Shown: positions 22,516 through 32,457, counted from the first letter of the stretch. The stretch: 64,000 nucleotides of DNA from Planctomycetota bacterium (GCA_965248575.1 CBDFJQ010000002.1:736001-800000); one strand, 5' to 3'. Program-made: numbers and translations. The notes: generated by a model from the letters alone, not told the origin.

Positions 22516-23921
22516 CGGGAGCCGCCTTGGCTTCCGAGCCAGCTCGGCGCAAAGCCCTGAGGCAAGCGCTTCATCTCCATCATGGTGGCGATGTACTGGC
22601 CCTCGTCACCCGCCCGGAACGTGTTGAAGTACTCCCACACAAGGCGTCCTTCCTCGGTGACCTCGAAGGCCCGGCCGAAGTCGGACTCGGTGATGAGCGT
22701 GTTGCCGTTGGGGAGGCGCTGGGCGACGCCGCAGGTCTCCGAGTAGAAAGGTGAGACGTCGTTGCCTGTGTAGGTCCAACCCTCCTCGCCCGTGAGCGGG
22801 TTCAGCTCCACGATGCGCGAGGCTTCGTCGCGGGTGTTGTTGTCGAAGAGCAGGATCGTGCCGTTGTCGAGCACGTGGGGGTCGTGTTGCCGGTTGAAGG
22901 CGCCCTCCATGACCCAGACGACTTGCTCCGTTTCGGCGTCGACGATGGCCAGCATGTCGAGGATCAGCAGCGAGATCAGGAAGTTGCCTTCCTTGAAGGC
23001 TGCGTCCAGGTGGGCCAGGCTGCCGTCCAAGCGTTCCAGCGAGTTGGTGTGGAAGATATCGCCCTTGGCCGGGCCCAGACTGCCGTCCCAATGCTCTGCG
23101 AATTGGGAGGACTCGAGCGCGCGCAGCACGCTGATGTTGCGCAGCTCTCGTCCATCGGTGCCCAGCAGCGTGATGAAGTCCTCAAGCACGGGTTTCGTGG
23201 GGTGGACGCGGGGGATGACGCGTGCCTCACGGCTCAGCACCCAAAGCGTGCCGTCCTCCATGACGTGCAGGTCGTGATGAGCGCGCAAGGAGTTCTTCCA
23301 CAGGAGTTCGCTGTCCACGTCCACCTTGATGATGCCGAGACCTTCGTAGACGGCGAACAGGCTGCCGTCGTCATTCAGGTGTGTCCGGCGCCAGAAGGAC
23401 CGGTCCCGATGCATCCCTGGGTAGTCCGGCCAGACCCGCCGGAAGCCGTATCTCCAGCGATGCAGGATCTCGCCACTGGCGTCCATGATCAGCGCGCTGG
23501 GTTCGTGGGCCGACGTGAGCAGGTTGAGACCTGGCTGGGCCCGTTCCTGGTCCCAGTGGGTGACGCCGCTCTGCGACCCTGCGTCGTGCCGGCCGTCCAC
23601 ATAACCGAGCGCTTCCAGGTCGGCGATCTGTTGGCGTTGCTCGTCAGTCAGGTCTTCGAGATCGGTGTTGGTGCGGGGCTCACGCCAGCGACCCGCGCCA
23701 GGTCCGACCAAGCGCTGCGTCTGGCCAGGTGTGTCGGTGGAGTCGGAACCGCCTTCGCCTCGGGGCGTCTCTCCACCTTCAGGTCCCTCGCCGGGGTCGC
23801 TGCACGCACCCGCAAGCAGGCAGAATCCCAACGCGCCCAGAGCCAGCCAGCGTGGGAGGCGGAGCCGAGGCCTTTGCGCTGCAAGCTCACGGTGCGCGGA
23901 CGCTGGGCGATTCGCTGGCAT
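22512..23921 (-). CDS. Arylsulfotransferase (ASST)-family lipoprotein
   Basis: Lipobox LAGAC; AHHDL, DIFHTNSL, QHDPH..LLFDN and AQRLPNGNTLITE beta-propeller motifs. Confidence 0.8.
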   Translation of the reverse strand: MPANRPASAHRELAAQRPRLRLPRWLALGALGFCLLAGACSDPGEGPEGGETPRGEGGSDSTDTPGQTQRLVGPGAGRWREPRTNTDLEDLTDEQRQQIADLEALGYVDGRHDAGSQSGVTHWDQERAQPGLNLLTSAHEPSALIMDASGEILHRWRYGFRRVWPDYPGMHRDRSFWRRTHLNDDGSLFAVYEGLGIIKVDVDSELLWKNSLRAHHDLHVMEDGTLWVLSREARVIPRVHPTKPVLEDFITLLGTDGRELRNISVLRALESSQFAEHWDGSLGPAKGDIFHTNSLERLDGSLAHLDAAFKEGNFLISLLILDMLAIVDAETEQVVWVMEGAFNRQHDPHVLDNGTILLFDNNTRDEASRIVELNPLTGEEGWTYTGNDVSPFYSETCGVAQRLPNGNTLITESDFGRAFEVTEEGRLVWEYFNTFRAGDEGQYIATMMEMKRLPQGFAPSWLGSQGGSR

Positions 23922-24182
23922 GCTCTGCCTCAGAGGGGCCGGTTTCGGACAGGTGGTCCGGCGGCGTGAACTGCGGAAGGACTGGATGTTCTGTCACCAG
24001 CGACGTCTCTGCACGCGCGTCGCCACGACTCTCGGAGGATACCGCTGCCAGGGGGGGGGCGCCAAGCTGCTCGCGGCGTCGTCTGGCCAGCCCGGGGCGC
24101 TGCCAGGTCTCGCATTCCCAACATGGGCCCCCTAGCGGAGCGCAGGCTTCGCCCACGGCTGGAGGCATGGCAGAGTGCAGGG

Positions 24183-24911
24183 ATGGCTGATTGGACCACC
24201 ACGGTACGCCAGGTCTTGCCGCGCTTCTTTGCGGTTGCCCGGCGCATGCGCCCCAGCTTTCATCGCAGCTGCCTGCTCGACCTCAGCGCCGAGTTTTTGG
24301 AGCAGCAAGGTGTGGGGCTGATCATCTGGGATGTGGACGGCACGCTCATGCCCTGGCATGGGGCGCAGGTGGACCCCGAGCTGCGGCCGGGTTGGGATCG
24401 GCTGCGCGCCATGCCCGAGCTTGAGCACATGATCCTCAGCAACTGCAGCGACCGCCGCTTCGTGGAGCTGGGCCAGATCTTCCCCGACGTGCCCGTGGTG
24501 AAGGGCTACACCACCCCGAAAGGGGCCGCTGCCCGGCGCATCTTCCAGGGCGTCGAGACCTGGAGCGATGGGGACCACTGGGATCCCCTGACCCAGGCCG
24601 ATGTCACGACCCTTCGCAAACCGGACGCGCGCCTCGTGCATTTCGCCTTGGGTTTCGCGGGTGACTTGCCCGCGTCCCGAGCGCTGATGGTGGGAGACCA
24701 GTACTTCACGGACATCGCTGGGGCCAATGAAGCCGGCGTTCGGACCTTGAAGGTGCGGACCTGGCAGCGGGGCAGTTTCCCGTGGCCCGTGGGATGCATG
24801 CAGTGGTTGGAGACGATCCTGTATCGGGTCTGCTATGGACCAGCGGTCGATTCCCACAGCGGCAGCCACTCCGGTGACAGGACCGGTGACGGGACCGGTG
24901 ACGATGCCTGA
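24183..24911 (+). CDS. YqeG-like HAD-IIIA phosphatase
   Basis: IIWDVDGTL, ILSN, RKP and MVGDQYFTDIAGANEAG motifs; alternative start at 24123. Confidence 0.85.
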   Translation: MADWTTTVRQVLPRFFAVARRMRPSFHRSCLLDLSAEFLEQQGVGLIIWDVDGTLMPWHGAQVDPELRPGWDRLRAMPELEHMILSNCSDRRFVELGQIFPDVPVVKGYTTPKGAAARRIFQGVETWSDGDHWDPLTQADVTTLRKPDARLVHFALGFAGDLPASRALMVGDQYFTDIAGANEAGVRTLKVRTWQRGSFPWPVGCMQWLETILYRVCYGPAVDSHSGSHSGDRTGDGTGDDA

Positions 24912-26553
24912 ACAGGCGCGGCCGGGTCTGCTGCTGGGCCTCCGTTGCCTGGGCTTCCTGGCTGTGTCCGCGAGTCTGTGGATCCTGGTGGAAGAGGTCT
25001 TCTGGGGAGCTCCTGCCCGCTTTGACGATGCGTTCATGTTCACGCGCTACGCGAAGCATGTGCTGGCGGGTTACGGCCATGCCTGGAACCCGGACGGAGT
25101 CCAGACCTACGGCTGCACGAGCCTGCTCTATGCAGGCTGGGTGACCCTGGCCCACGCTCTCACGCGTCTGGACGATGCTGAGCTGCTGCGAGGCCTGTCC
25201 TTCAGCTTTGGCGTGGCGTCCGTCCTGATCATGGCCTTCAGCCTCGTCCGTTTTGCGCGCTCCCCCTGGCTGCGCGGGCAGTGGCTGCTCTGTCTGGGTC
25301 TGCTGGCCCCGGCCTTGTTCCTCAACCCGCTGTTCGTCTACCACGCACGAACCGGCATGGACACGACGCTGTCGTTGTGCATGAACGCCCTGCTGGTGTT
25401 GGCGACCTTGGCCATGCTTCGGTCGGGGACGACGCGCTCGGTCCTGGCTCTTGCGGGCACGGCCTACCTCGGGTTTCTTGCGCGCCCCGACAACGGCCTC
25501 TACGCCGCGCTGCTGCCCACCCTCGCCGCAGCCCTTCTGCAGGACGGTTCCCGGCGGAAGCGCGTGCTCTGGACCTATGTGCTGACAATGGGGGTGCTGC
25601 TGGGGCTGGACACGGCGGCCAAGCTGGCCGTCTTCGGTGTATCGCTGCCCTTGCCTGTCTACGCCAAGTCGTCAGTGCACGAGCTTGGATATGCAGGGGG
25701 CGCCCAATGGAATGCCGTGGTCTACCTGCTGGGTTTTGGCCACGGCCTGCTTCCGTTCCTGGTGCTGCTCTTGCTGTGCGTTCGTCGAGCGACCTGGGCC
25801 CTCACGGCCAGCTTGCTGGTCCCGGCCTGTCTGACCCTGGGAGCCTATTTCCAGACCACCCAGATCATGGGCTACCGGGCTCGCTTCAGTTATCCAGCCC
25901 TGCCGTTCTTCGTGATGGCAGCTCTCCTGTGTCTGGATGGGCTGTTGGCGGAGCGGGGGGGGCTGCGCTCGCTGCTCTCCCGGCGGGGCCTTCCCGGAGC
26001 GTTGTGCGCCGTAGCGCTGGTTCTGGGGTTGCAGTACGGGGGCGGCGGGCTCGCCGAGTCCTGGCGGGAACGGGTCGCTGCATCGGCGCCGGCGGCCGTT
26101 CCCATAGAGAACCCAGGCGGCCTCGAGCCCGTGCCCTACTGGGCGGCCGTGGATGCCATGGCCCAGATCGCCCAGCGGGCACCCACCGGAACGATTCTGT
26201 GCCTGTCGGAGTACGGGGTCGTGGGCGCTGCGGCTCCTGAGGTGACCATTCTGGACCCCTTGGGTCTGCATGACGCGGTCGTCGCCCGGGAAGGTTTTGA
26301 CGCCGGGCGCTTGCTGTCCCAGAAGCCCGATGTCTTCTGGATGCCTCACCCCGACTACGTGGGTCTGCGCCAGGCGCTGCAGGACCATCCCGACTTCCGT
26401 CAGCACTACCAGTACTTCCCGGCTGCTCTCAGCTACGGCCTCGCGGTGCGCCAGGAAGGTGAGCAAGCCGTCGAGCTGCATGGCCTGATCTACCAAGTCT
26501 GGACGCAGCTCTACCCCGAGCAGGGCTTCCAGAAGCACCGCAAGAAGTGGTGA
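24904..26553 (+). CDS. Second AftB-like GT-C membrane glycosyltransferase
   Basis: DDAFMFTRYAKHVLAGYGHAWNP, TGMDT, ARPD, PLPVYAK and LDPLGLHD motifs; start at ATG 24904 (alternative 24835). Confidence 0.7.
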   Translation: MPEQARPGLLLGLRCLGFLAVSASLWILVEEVFWGAPARFDDAFMFTRYAKHVLAGYGHAWNPDGVQTYGCTSLLYAGWVTLAHALTRLDDAELLRGLSFSFGVASVLIMAFSLVRFARSPWLRGQWLLCLGLLAPALFLNPLFVYHARTGMDTTLSLCMNALLVLATLAMLRSGTTRSVLALAGTAYLGFLARPDNGLYAALLPTLAAALLQDGSRRKRVLWTYVLTMGVLLGLDTAAKLAVFGVSLPLPVYAKSSVHELGYAGGAQWNAVVYLLGFGHGLLPFLVLLLLCVRRATWALTASLLVPACLTLGAYFQTTQIMGYRARFSYPALPFFVMAALLCLDGLLAERGGLRSLLSRRGLPGALCAVALVLGLQYGGGGLAESWRERVAASAPAAVPIENPGGLEPVPYWAAVDAMAQIAQRAPTGTILCLSEYGVVGAAAPEVTILDPLGLHDAVVAREGFDAGRLLSQKPDVFWMPHPDYVGLRQALQDHPDFRQHYQYFPAALSYGLAVRQEGEQAVELHGLIYQVWTQLYPEQGFQKHRKKW

Positions 26554-26674
26554 GGCGGGCGCATCGCTCGTTCTATCCTCTATCCTGAAAGCCCCTGAGG
26601 CTGGAGCCGCGTCGCGGCCGGCCGACGCTCGGCAGCGTGACAAACCGTCGACCCACCGTCTGAAGGACCGGCCC

Positions 26675-27691
26675 ATGACCGCGAATGTGACCCCCGTTCG
26701 AAAGTCCCGTCTGCTGCTGAAGCTGGGCTTCGCCTTGGGAGTTGTGCTGCTGAGCCTGGGAGTCGTAGAGGGTGCCTTGCGCGTGGCGGGCTTCAGCTAC
26801 CACCTCTATCCGGAGCGCATCCGTTTTGGATACCCGGAACCGGAGAAGATCGAAGAGGGCTACTTCCTGCCCCATGATCGCTTCCTTTGGGTGAGCAGGA
26901 AGTACGACGAGATCCTGGCCGGAGCCCAAGCTGAGACGCCGGACGTGATCCTCATGGGCTGCTCGTGCACCGAGTGGGGGGAGTACGACCTAGCCCTCGG
27001 GAATCAGGCGACTCAAGCCGGCAGCCCGCTCAAGATCTCCAACTTCGGATGTGCCGGATGGTCCACCTACCAGGGCCTGAACCAGCTCCAGGACGATGTG
27101 CTGCCCATCGGCCCCAAGATCGTGACCATCTACTTCGGCTGGAACGACCACTGGATCGGCCACGGCATCGAGGACAAGGCGGTGGCAGAGCTCACAGCAT
27201 CGCCCTGGAAGCGGACCATGCAGGAGTCGCGGTTGGTGCAGTGGGCGAGCAAGGTGATGGTCAGCCGCCGAGCCGTGGCGCAGCGCACCCTGGGCGAAGG
27301 TGCCTTCCCGGAGCGCGTCTCGCTCGAGGATTTCCGGTCCAACCTCACGGCCATGATCCAGTTGGCCCGTGACAACGACATCATCCCGGTCCTGATCACG
27401 GCTCCGGATGGGCACGAGGAAGGCAAGGAGCCTCGATACCTGGAAGGCGCGTGGCTTCAGGAGCTTTCGGACCTGATCCCCCTGCACCAATCCTACGTCT
27501 CAGCGGTGCGCCAGGTGGCCGAGGAGCAAGGGGTGGTGCTGTGCGATCTGGCCGCCCAGTTTGACGCCTTGCCCCCCAAGACCACCGACCTCTACATCAA
27601 GGCGGATGGGATCCACCTGACCCCGGACATCGGGGGCCGAGTCGTGGGGCGCATGCTGTATCAGACGCTCGCCGAGCACGGCTTGCTGTAG
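26675..27691 (+). CDS. Membrane-anchored SGNH/GDSL hydrolase
   Basis: N-terminal TM with EGALR; GCS (block I), NFGCAG (II), GWND (III) and DGIH (V). Confidence 0.85.
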   Translation: MTANVTPVRKSRLLLKLGFALGVVLLSLGVVEGALRVAGFSYHLYPERIRFGYPEPEKIEEGYFLPHDRFLWVSRKYDEILAGAQAETPDVILMGCSCTEWGEYDLALGNQATQAGSPLKISNFGCAGWSTYQGLNQLQDDVLPIGPKIVTIYFGWNDHWIGHGIEDKAVAELTASPWKRTMQESRLVQWASKVMVSRRAVAQRTLGEGAFPERVSLEDFRSNLTAMIQLARDNDIIPVLITAPDGHEEGKEPRYLEGAWLQELSDLIPLHQSYVSAVRQVAEEQGVVLCDLAAQFDALPPKTTDLYIKADGIHLTPDIGGRVVGRMLYQTLAEHGLL

Positions 27692-27768
27692 CTCGCGAGG
27701 CTGTTCGCAGGAAGGCTGGACGTCGGCTCTCGGACAGGGCACCGCGAATCACTACGATGTCGCGGATC

Positions 27769-29646
27769 ATGAGCACACAAGGCATACGTACCCACAATTG
27801 CGGCGAGCTCCGAGCGAGCGATGCCGGTTCCACAGTCCGTCTCTCCGGTTGGATCGCATCCCACCGAGATCTGGGCTCCCTGGTCTTCATCGACCTGCGT
27901 GACCGCTACGGCATCACCCAGGTGAGCTTCGACGAGGACACCCCCGCTGAACTGCTGGTGGCCGCGCAGAAGCTGAAGACCGAAAGCGTGATCCACGTGG
28001 TGGGTGTGGTCCGCCCCAGGGTGCAGGCCAACGCCGAGCGCTCCACGGGCGAGGTGGAGGTGCTGGTCAACGCCCTGGAAGTGCTGGGTCCGTCCAAGAC
28101 CCCGCCCTTCGAGCTGGATGCGGAGAAGGTCAGCGACGAACTCCGGCTCACCTACCGCTATCTCGACCTGCGTCGACCGAAGCCTCTGGCCTCCATGGTC
28201 ATGCGCCACCAGGTGCTGCTCGCCCTGCGCAAGGGATTGGACGCCCAGGGCTTCCTGGAAATCGAAACGCCGGTGCTCACCAAGGCCACGCCGGAAGGCG
28301 CCCGGGACTACCTGGTCCCCAGCCGTGTGCACCCGGGCAAGGTCTTTGCACTGCCCCAGAGCCCTCAGATCTTCAAGCAGATCCTGATGGTTGCTGGCAT
28401 GGACAAGTACTTCCAGATCGTGCGCTGCTTCAGGGATGAGGACTTGCGCGCCGACCGCCAGCCTGAGTTCACGCAGCTCGACATGGAGATGAGCTTCGTC
28501 GATGAGCCGAGGGTGCAGGCCGTGATCGACGAGGCGGTGTCCGGGGCCGTGGAAGCTGTGCACCCCGGGCGCTGTCCAGCGACCCCCTTCCCCCAAATGA
28601 CCTGGACCGAATCCATGCGACGCTTCGGCTCCGACAAGCCGGACCTGCGCTTCGGTGTCGAGTTGTCCGATGTGTCCGAGCTCGTCGCCGGGTGTGGTTT
28701 CGGGGTCTTCGAGAAGGCCGTGGCCGCAGGTGGTCGGGTGCGGGTTCTGGCAGCCCCCGGCGGGGGAGCCCTCTCTCGCAAGCAGATCGATGGCCTGGAG
28801 GGCGTGGCCAAGGAACAGGGCGCCAAGGGCCTGGCCTGGGCCAAGGTGGTGGATGGCGAGGGTGACGCCGGTCCGGTGCTCACAGGCGGCATCTCGAAGT
28901 TCCTGGCGCCCGAGTTGGTGGCGGCCCTGATGGGAGCCACCGGCGCTGGCGTGGGCGACGCGCTCTTCTTCGGTGCGGACACATTCAAGACCTCGGCAGC
29001 GGCCCTCTCGGCTGTGCGCCTGGCCCTGGGCAAGAAGCTAGGTCTGATCGACAAAGATCGCTTCGAGTTCGTCTGGATCACCGAGTTCCCGATGTTCGAC
29101 GAAGACGAGGACAGCGGCGCCCTGAGCCCGGCCCATCACCCCTTCTGCACGCCCTTGGAGGCCTACGAGGGGCAGCTGCAGAAGGACCCGTCAGGAACGC
29201 TGGCCAGGAGCTACGACCTCGTGCTCAATGGCTGTGAGCTCGGGTCGGGGAGCGTCAGGATCCACGACGCGGACATGCAGCACCAGGTGTTCGAGGCGAT
29301 CGGCATGCCCGATGACGAGATTGAAGACCGCTTCGGTTTCGTGATCCACGCCTTTGAGTATGGCGCGCCTCCCCACGCAGGTTTTGCTGTGGGGCTCGAT
29401 CGCCTGGTCATGCTCCTGGCGGGCGAGGAGTCCATCCGCGAGGTCATCGCTTTCCCCAAGACCGCTCAGGCAGCTTGCCTCATGACGGGGGCACCCACCC
29501 CGGTTCCCGACGAGCAGCTGCTGGAGGCCGGTGTGCGCTTCGTGGCGTCCGACGCCCCTGGCCAGGGAGCGGACCCGGGCAAGGGGCAGGGCGAGGCATC
29601 CAACCCAGAACAAGCTGGCGGCCAAGCCGCAGAGGTGAGCCCGTGA
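27769..29646 (+). CDS. aspS: Aspartate--tRNA ligase
   Basis: RTHNCGELR, TPEGARDYLVPSR, FRDEDLRADRQPEFTQLD, GAPPHAG; alternative start at 27757. Confidence 0.97.
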   Translation: MSTQGIRTHNCGELRASDAGSTVRLSGWIASHRDLGSLVFIDLRDRYGITQVSFDEDTPAELLVAAQKLKTESVIHVVGVVRPRVQANAERSTGEVEVLVNALEVLGPSKTPPFELDAEKVSDELRLTYRYLDLRRPKPLASMVMRHQVLLALRKGLDAQGFLEIETPVLTKATPEGARDYLVPSRVHPGKVFALPQSPQIFKQILMVAGMDKYFQIVRCFRDEDLRADRQPEFTQLDMEMSFVDEPRVQAVIDEAVSGAVEAVHPGRCPATPFPQMTWTESMRRFGSDKPDLRFGVELSDVSELVAGCGFGVFEKAVAAGGRVRVLAAPGGGALSRKQIDGLEGVAKEQGAKGLAWAKVVDGEGDAGPVLTGGISKFLAPELVAALMGATGAGVGDALFFGADTFKTSAAALSAVRLALGKKLGLIDKDRFEFVWITEFPMFDEDEDSGALSPAHHPFCTPLEAYEGQLQKDPSGTLARSYDLVLNGCELGSGSVRIHDADMQHQVFEAIGMPDDEIEDRFGFVIHAFEYGAPPHAGFAVGLDRLVMLLAGEESIREVIAFPKTAQAACLMTGAPTPVPDEQLLEAGVRFVASDAPGQGADPGKGQGEASNPEQAGGQAAEVSP

Positions 29647-31622
29647 GTGCAGATGTGGAAGTGGCGCTGCCCGATGGCAGCAAGCGCACCCTGGCCGAGG
29701 GCAGCAGCGGAGCGGACCTTGCCGCGGACATCGGCCCAGGTCTCGCCAAGGCGGCGATCGCGGTCGAGGTCGACGGCCAGCTGAGGGATCTCACACGCCC
29801 CCTGCCGTCGGGGTCCACCGTGGCCATCGTGAAGGCCGACAGCGCGGCGGGCCTCGATCTCATGCGCCACAGCACGGCCCATGTGATGGCACAAGCGGTC
29901 ATGGATCTCTATGGGCGCGAGACGGTGCGGCTCGGGATCGGTCCGACCATCAAGTCGGGCTTCTACTACGACTTCGATTTCGTGGATGGCCGGCGGCTCA
30001 AGGAGGAGGATCTCGAAGCCATCGAGCAGCGCATGCGCGCCATCATCGAGAGCGACCAGGTCTTCCTGCGCGAGGAGATGTCGCGGGACGACGCGCTCGC
30101 CCACTGGGAGGCGCGCGCCGATCGCTTCAAGTGCGATCTGATCCAGGGATTCGACGACGACGCCGTGATCAGCTTCTATCACAACCGTGTCGAGGGGGCG
30201 GATGAGGACACCTTCGTGGACCTCTGCCTGGGTCCGCACGTACCCCGCACAGGGATGCTGGCGGTCGCGCACTTCAAGTTGCTGAGTGTCGCTGGGGCCT
30301 ACTGGCAGGGCGACGAGAACAACCCGATCCTGCAGCGGGTGTATGCCGTCTGCTTCGGCAACAAGAAGGAACTGAAGAGGCACCTGGCCAATCTGGAAGA
30401 GGCCAAGAAGCGCGACCACCGCAAGCTGGGCAAGGAGCTGAAGCTGTTCCACTTCACGGATGAGGTGGGCCCCGGGCTGCCTCTCTGGCTGCCGCGCGGC
30501 ACGGTCATCCTGGAGACCCTGAAGGAGTTCCTGACCCAGGAGCAGCGCAAGCGCGGGTATCAGTCGGTGATCACGCCTCATGTGGGCCGGCTGGGGCTGT
30601 ATGAGACCAGCGGGCACTGGCAGAACTACAGGGAGTCCATGTTCCCCCTAATGGGTGATGAAAAGGGCACGGCCTTCTGCATGAAGCCAATGAATTGCCC
30701 GCACCACATCCAGATCTACAAGGCCGAGGGGCGCAGCTACCGGGATCTCCCGCTGCGGCTGTCCGAGTTCGGCACCGTCTACCGCTACGAGAAGAGCGGG
30801 GAGCTGGGGGGTCTGAAGCGTGTGCGCGGCTTCACCGTTGATGACGCGCACCTCTTCGTGACGCCCGAGCAGTTGTTCGAGGAGTTCCGCGGGGTCGTGG
30901 AGCTGGTGCGCCTGGCCCTCGAGACCTTCGGGCTGAAGGTGGAGGCTCGGGTGGGCATCCGTGGCAGTGAGACCACTGGAGATGCGAAGTTCGTCGGTGA
31001 TGCGGCCCTTTGGGAGCGCGCCCAGAGCGAGATCATCGAAGCCTGCTCCCAGATGGGCCTCGACTACACGGTGGAGGAAGGGGAGGCAGCCTTCTACGGC
31101 CCCAAGCTCGACTTCGTGATCACGGACGCCCTGGACCGGGAGTGGCAGCTGGGGACGGCACAGGTGGACTACAACCTGCCGGAGCGTTTTGACCTGAGCT
31201 ACACGGCAAAAGACGGGAGCCGGCAGCGGCCCATCATGATCCATAGGGCGCCCTTCGGCAGTCTGGAACGCCTGATGGGGGTCCTGATTGAGCACTACGG
31301 AGGGGCTTTCCCGCTCTGGATGGCTCCGGTCCAGGTTTCGGTGGCTCCCATCACGGATGAACAGCATGAAGGGGCCCAGGCGCTGGCGGCCGTTTTGGAA
31401 GCGCGAGGGCTCCGGGTGTACCGGGATCTCGTGAATGAACCGATTGGTGCCAAAATCAAGCGCGCTCGGCTTGAAAAAACGCCCTACGTGGCCATACTGG
31501 GCGCCCGAGAAATTCAGGATTCCACTGTTTCCGTACGCTCTCGGAAGGACGGTGAACTTGGCCCTATGCCGCTCGATGCCTTTGTCGAACAGCTGGTGGG
31601 AGAGGTCGCCGCCCGGACATGA
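29643..31622 (+). CDS. thrS: Threonine--tRNA ligase
   Basis: TGS domain, RHSTAH, RDHRKLG, KPMNCPHH, IHRAPFGSLER; GTGA overlap with the aspS stop. Confidence 0.97.
   Translation: MSADVEVALPDGSKRTLAEGSSGADLAADIGPGLAKAAIAVEVDGQLRDLTRPLPSGSTVAIVKADSAAGLDLMRHSTAHVMAQAVMDLYGRETVRLGIGPTIKSGFYYDFDFVDGRRLKEEDLEAIEQRMRAIIESDQVFLREEMSRDDALAHWEARADRFKCDLIQGFDDDAVISFYHNRVEGADEDTFVDLCLGPHVPRTGMLAVAHFKLLSVAGAYWQGDENNPILQRVYAVCFGNKKELKRHLANLEEAKKRDHRKLGKELKLFHFTDEVGPGLPLWLPRGTVILETLKEFLTQEQRKRGYQSVITPHVGRLGLYETSGHWQNYRESMFPLMGDEKGTAFCMKPMNCPHHIQIYKAEGRSYRDLPLRLSEFGTVYRYEKSGELGGLKRVRGFTVDDAHLFVTPEQLFEEFRGVVELVRLALETFGLKVEARVGIRGSETTGDAKFVGDAALWERAQSEIIEACSQMGLDYTVEEGEAAFYGPKLDFVITDALDREWQLGTAQVDYNLPERFDLSYTAKDGSRQRPIMIHRAPFGSLERLMGVLIEHYGGAFPLWMAPVQVSVAPITDEQHEGAQALAAVLEARGLRVYRDLVNEPIGAKIKRARLEKTPYVAILGAREIQDSTVSVRSRKDGELGPMPLDAFVEQLVGEVAART
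31471..31498 (+). promoter_or_regulatory. Putative internal infC promoter within the 3' end of thrS
   Basis: TTGAAA-16 nt-CATACT in a locally AT-richer stretch about 190 nt upstream of infC. Confidence 0.4.
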
Positions 31623-31684
31623 GCCCTCGGGCTCGGTGACAGCACTCAAACTCGAACGAAACGCAACCCGCAGGAGGAGGTACC

Positions 31685-32203
31685 ACGGCACAGGCCAAGA
31701 TCCGGATCAATGAAGAGATCCGCATGCGGCAGGTTCGTCTGATCGACGAGACCGGTGAGCAGCATGGCATCGTGGAAATCGACTCCGCACTTGCGATGGC
31801 GCGGGAGAAGGGGCTGGACCTCGTCGAGGTGGCTCCTGATGCCCGTCCGCCCGTCTGCAAGATTCAGGACTACGGTAAGCAGAAGTATCTCTCGAAGAAG
31901 AAGGAACACGACGCACGAAAGAAGCAGCACCAGGTTGTGATCAAGGAAGTGCGCGTCCGTCCGAAGATCGATACCCACGATCTTCAGACCAAGATGCGGA
32001 AGGCACGTGAGTTTCTGGAGCACGGAGACAAGCTCCAGGTGAACATGCTCTTCCGTGGACGCGAACACGGCTTCCGGGATCGTGGCTTGAAGGTGATGCA
32101 CCAGATCAAGGACGAGCTGGCAGACCTCTCCAAGGTGGAGCGCGAGCCTCGACTTGAAGGCAACAGGCTTGTCATGATCCTCCACCCGCTCAACCAGAAG
32201 TAG
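31685..32203 (+). CDS. infC: Translation initiation factor IF-3 (non-canonical ACG start)
   Basis: RINEEIR..VRLID, GLDLVEVAP, PPVCKIQDYGK; the conserved N-terminus lies upstream of the called ATG; AGGAGG SD 7 nt before ACG. Confidence 0.93.
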   Translation, partial: TAQAKIRINEEIRMRQVRLIDETGEQHGIVEIDSALAMAREKGLDLVEVAPDARPPVCKIQDYGKQKYLSKKKEHDARKKQHQVVIKEVRVRPKIDTHDLQTKMRKAREFLEHGDKLQVNMLFRGREHGFRDRGLKVMHQIKDELADLSKVEREPRLEGNRLVMILHPLNQK

Positions 32204-32256
32204 CGGCCCCGAGCCGCTCTCTCCAACGCACCGAACGCAGAACGACTGAACGAACA

Positions 32257-32457
32257 ATGCCCAAGCTCAAGACCAAGAAGTCCATCAGCAAGCGGATGAA
32301 AATCACCAAGCTCGGCAAGGTGAAGCGCCGCAAGCCGTTCGGCCGGCACTACAAGGCTGGCAAGAATGGTGACCGTCGCCGCGCCGTCCGCGGTAGCGAG
32401 TTGTGTCAGGGCAAAATCGCCAAGAACATGAAGAGGCTCATCGCGCCAGCCGGCTAA
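32257..32457 (+). CDS. rpmI: 50S ribosomal protein L35
   Basis: [22 protein letters not shown]; position between infC and rplT. Confidence 0.93.
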   Translation: MPKLKTKKSISKRMKITKLGKVKRRKPFGRHYKAGKNGDRRRAVRGSELCQGKIAKNMKRLIAPAG

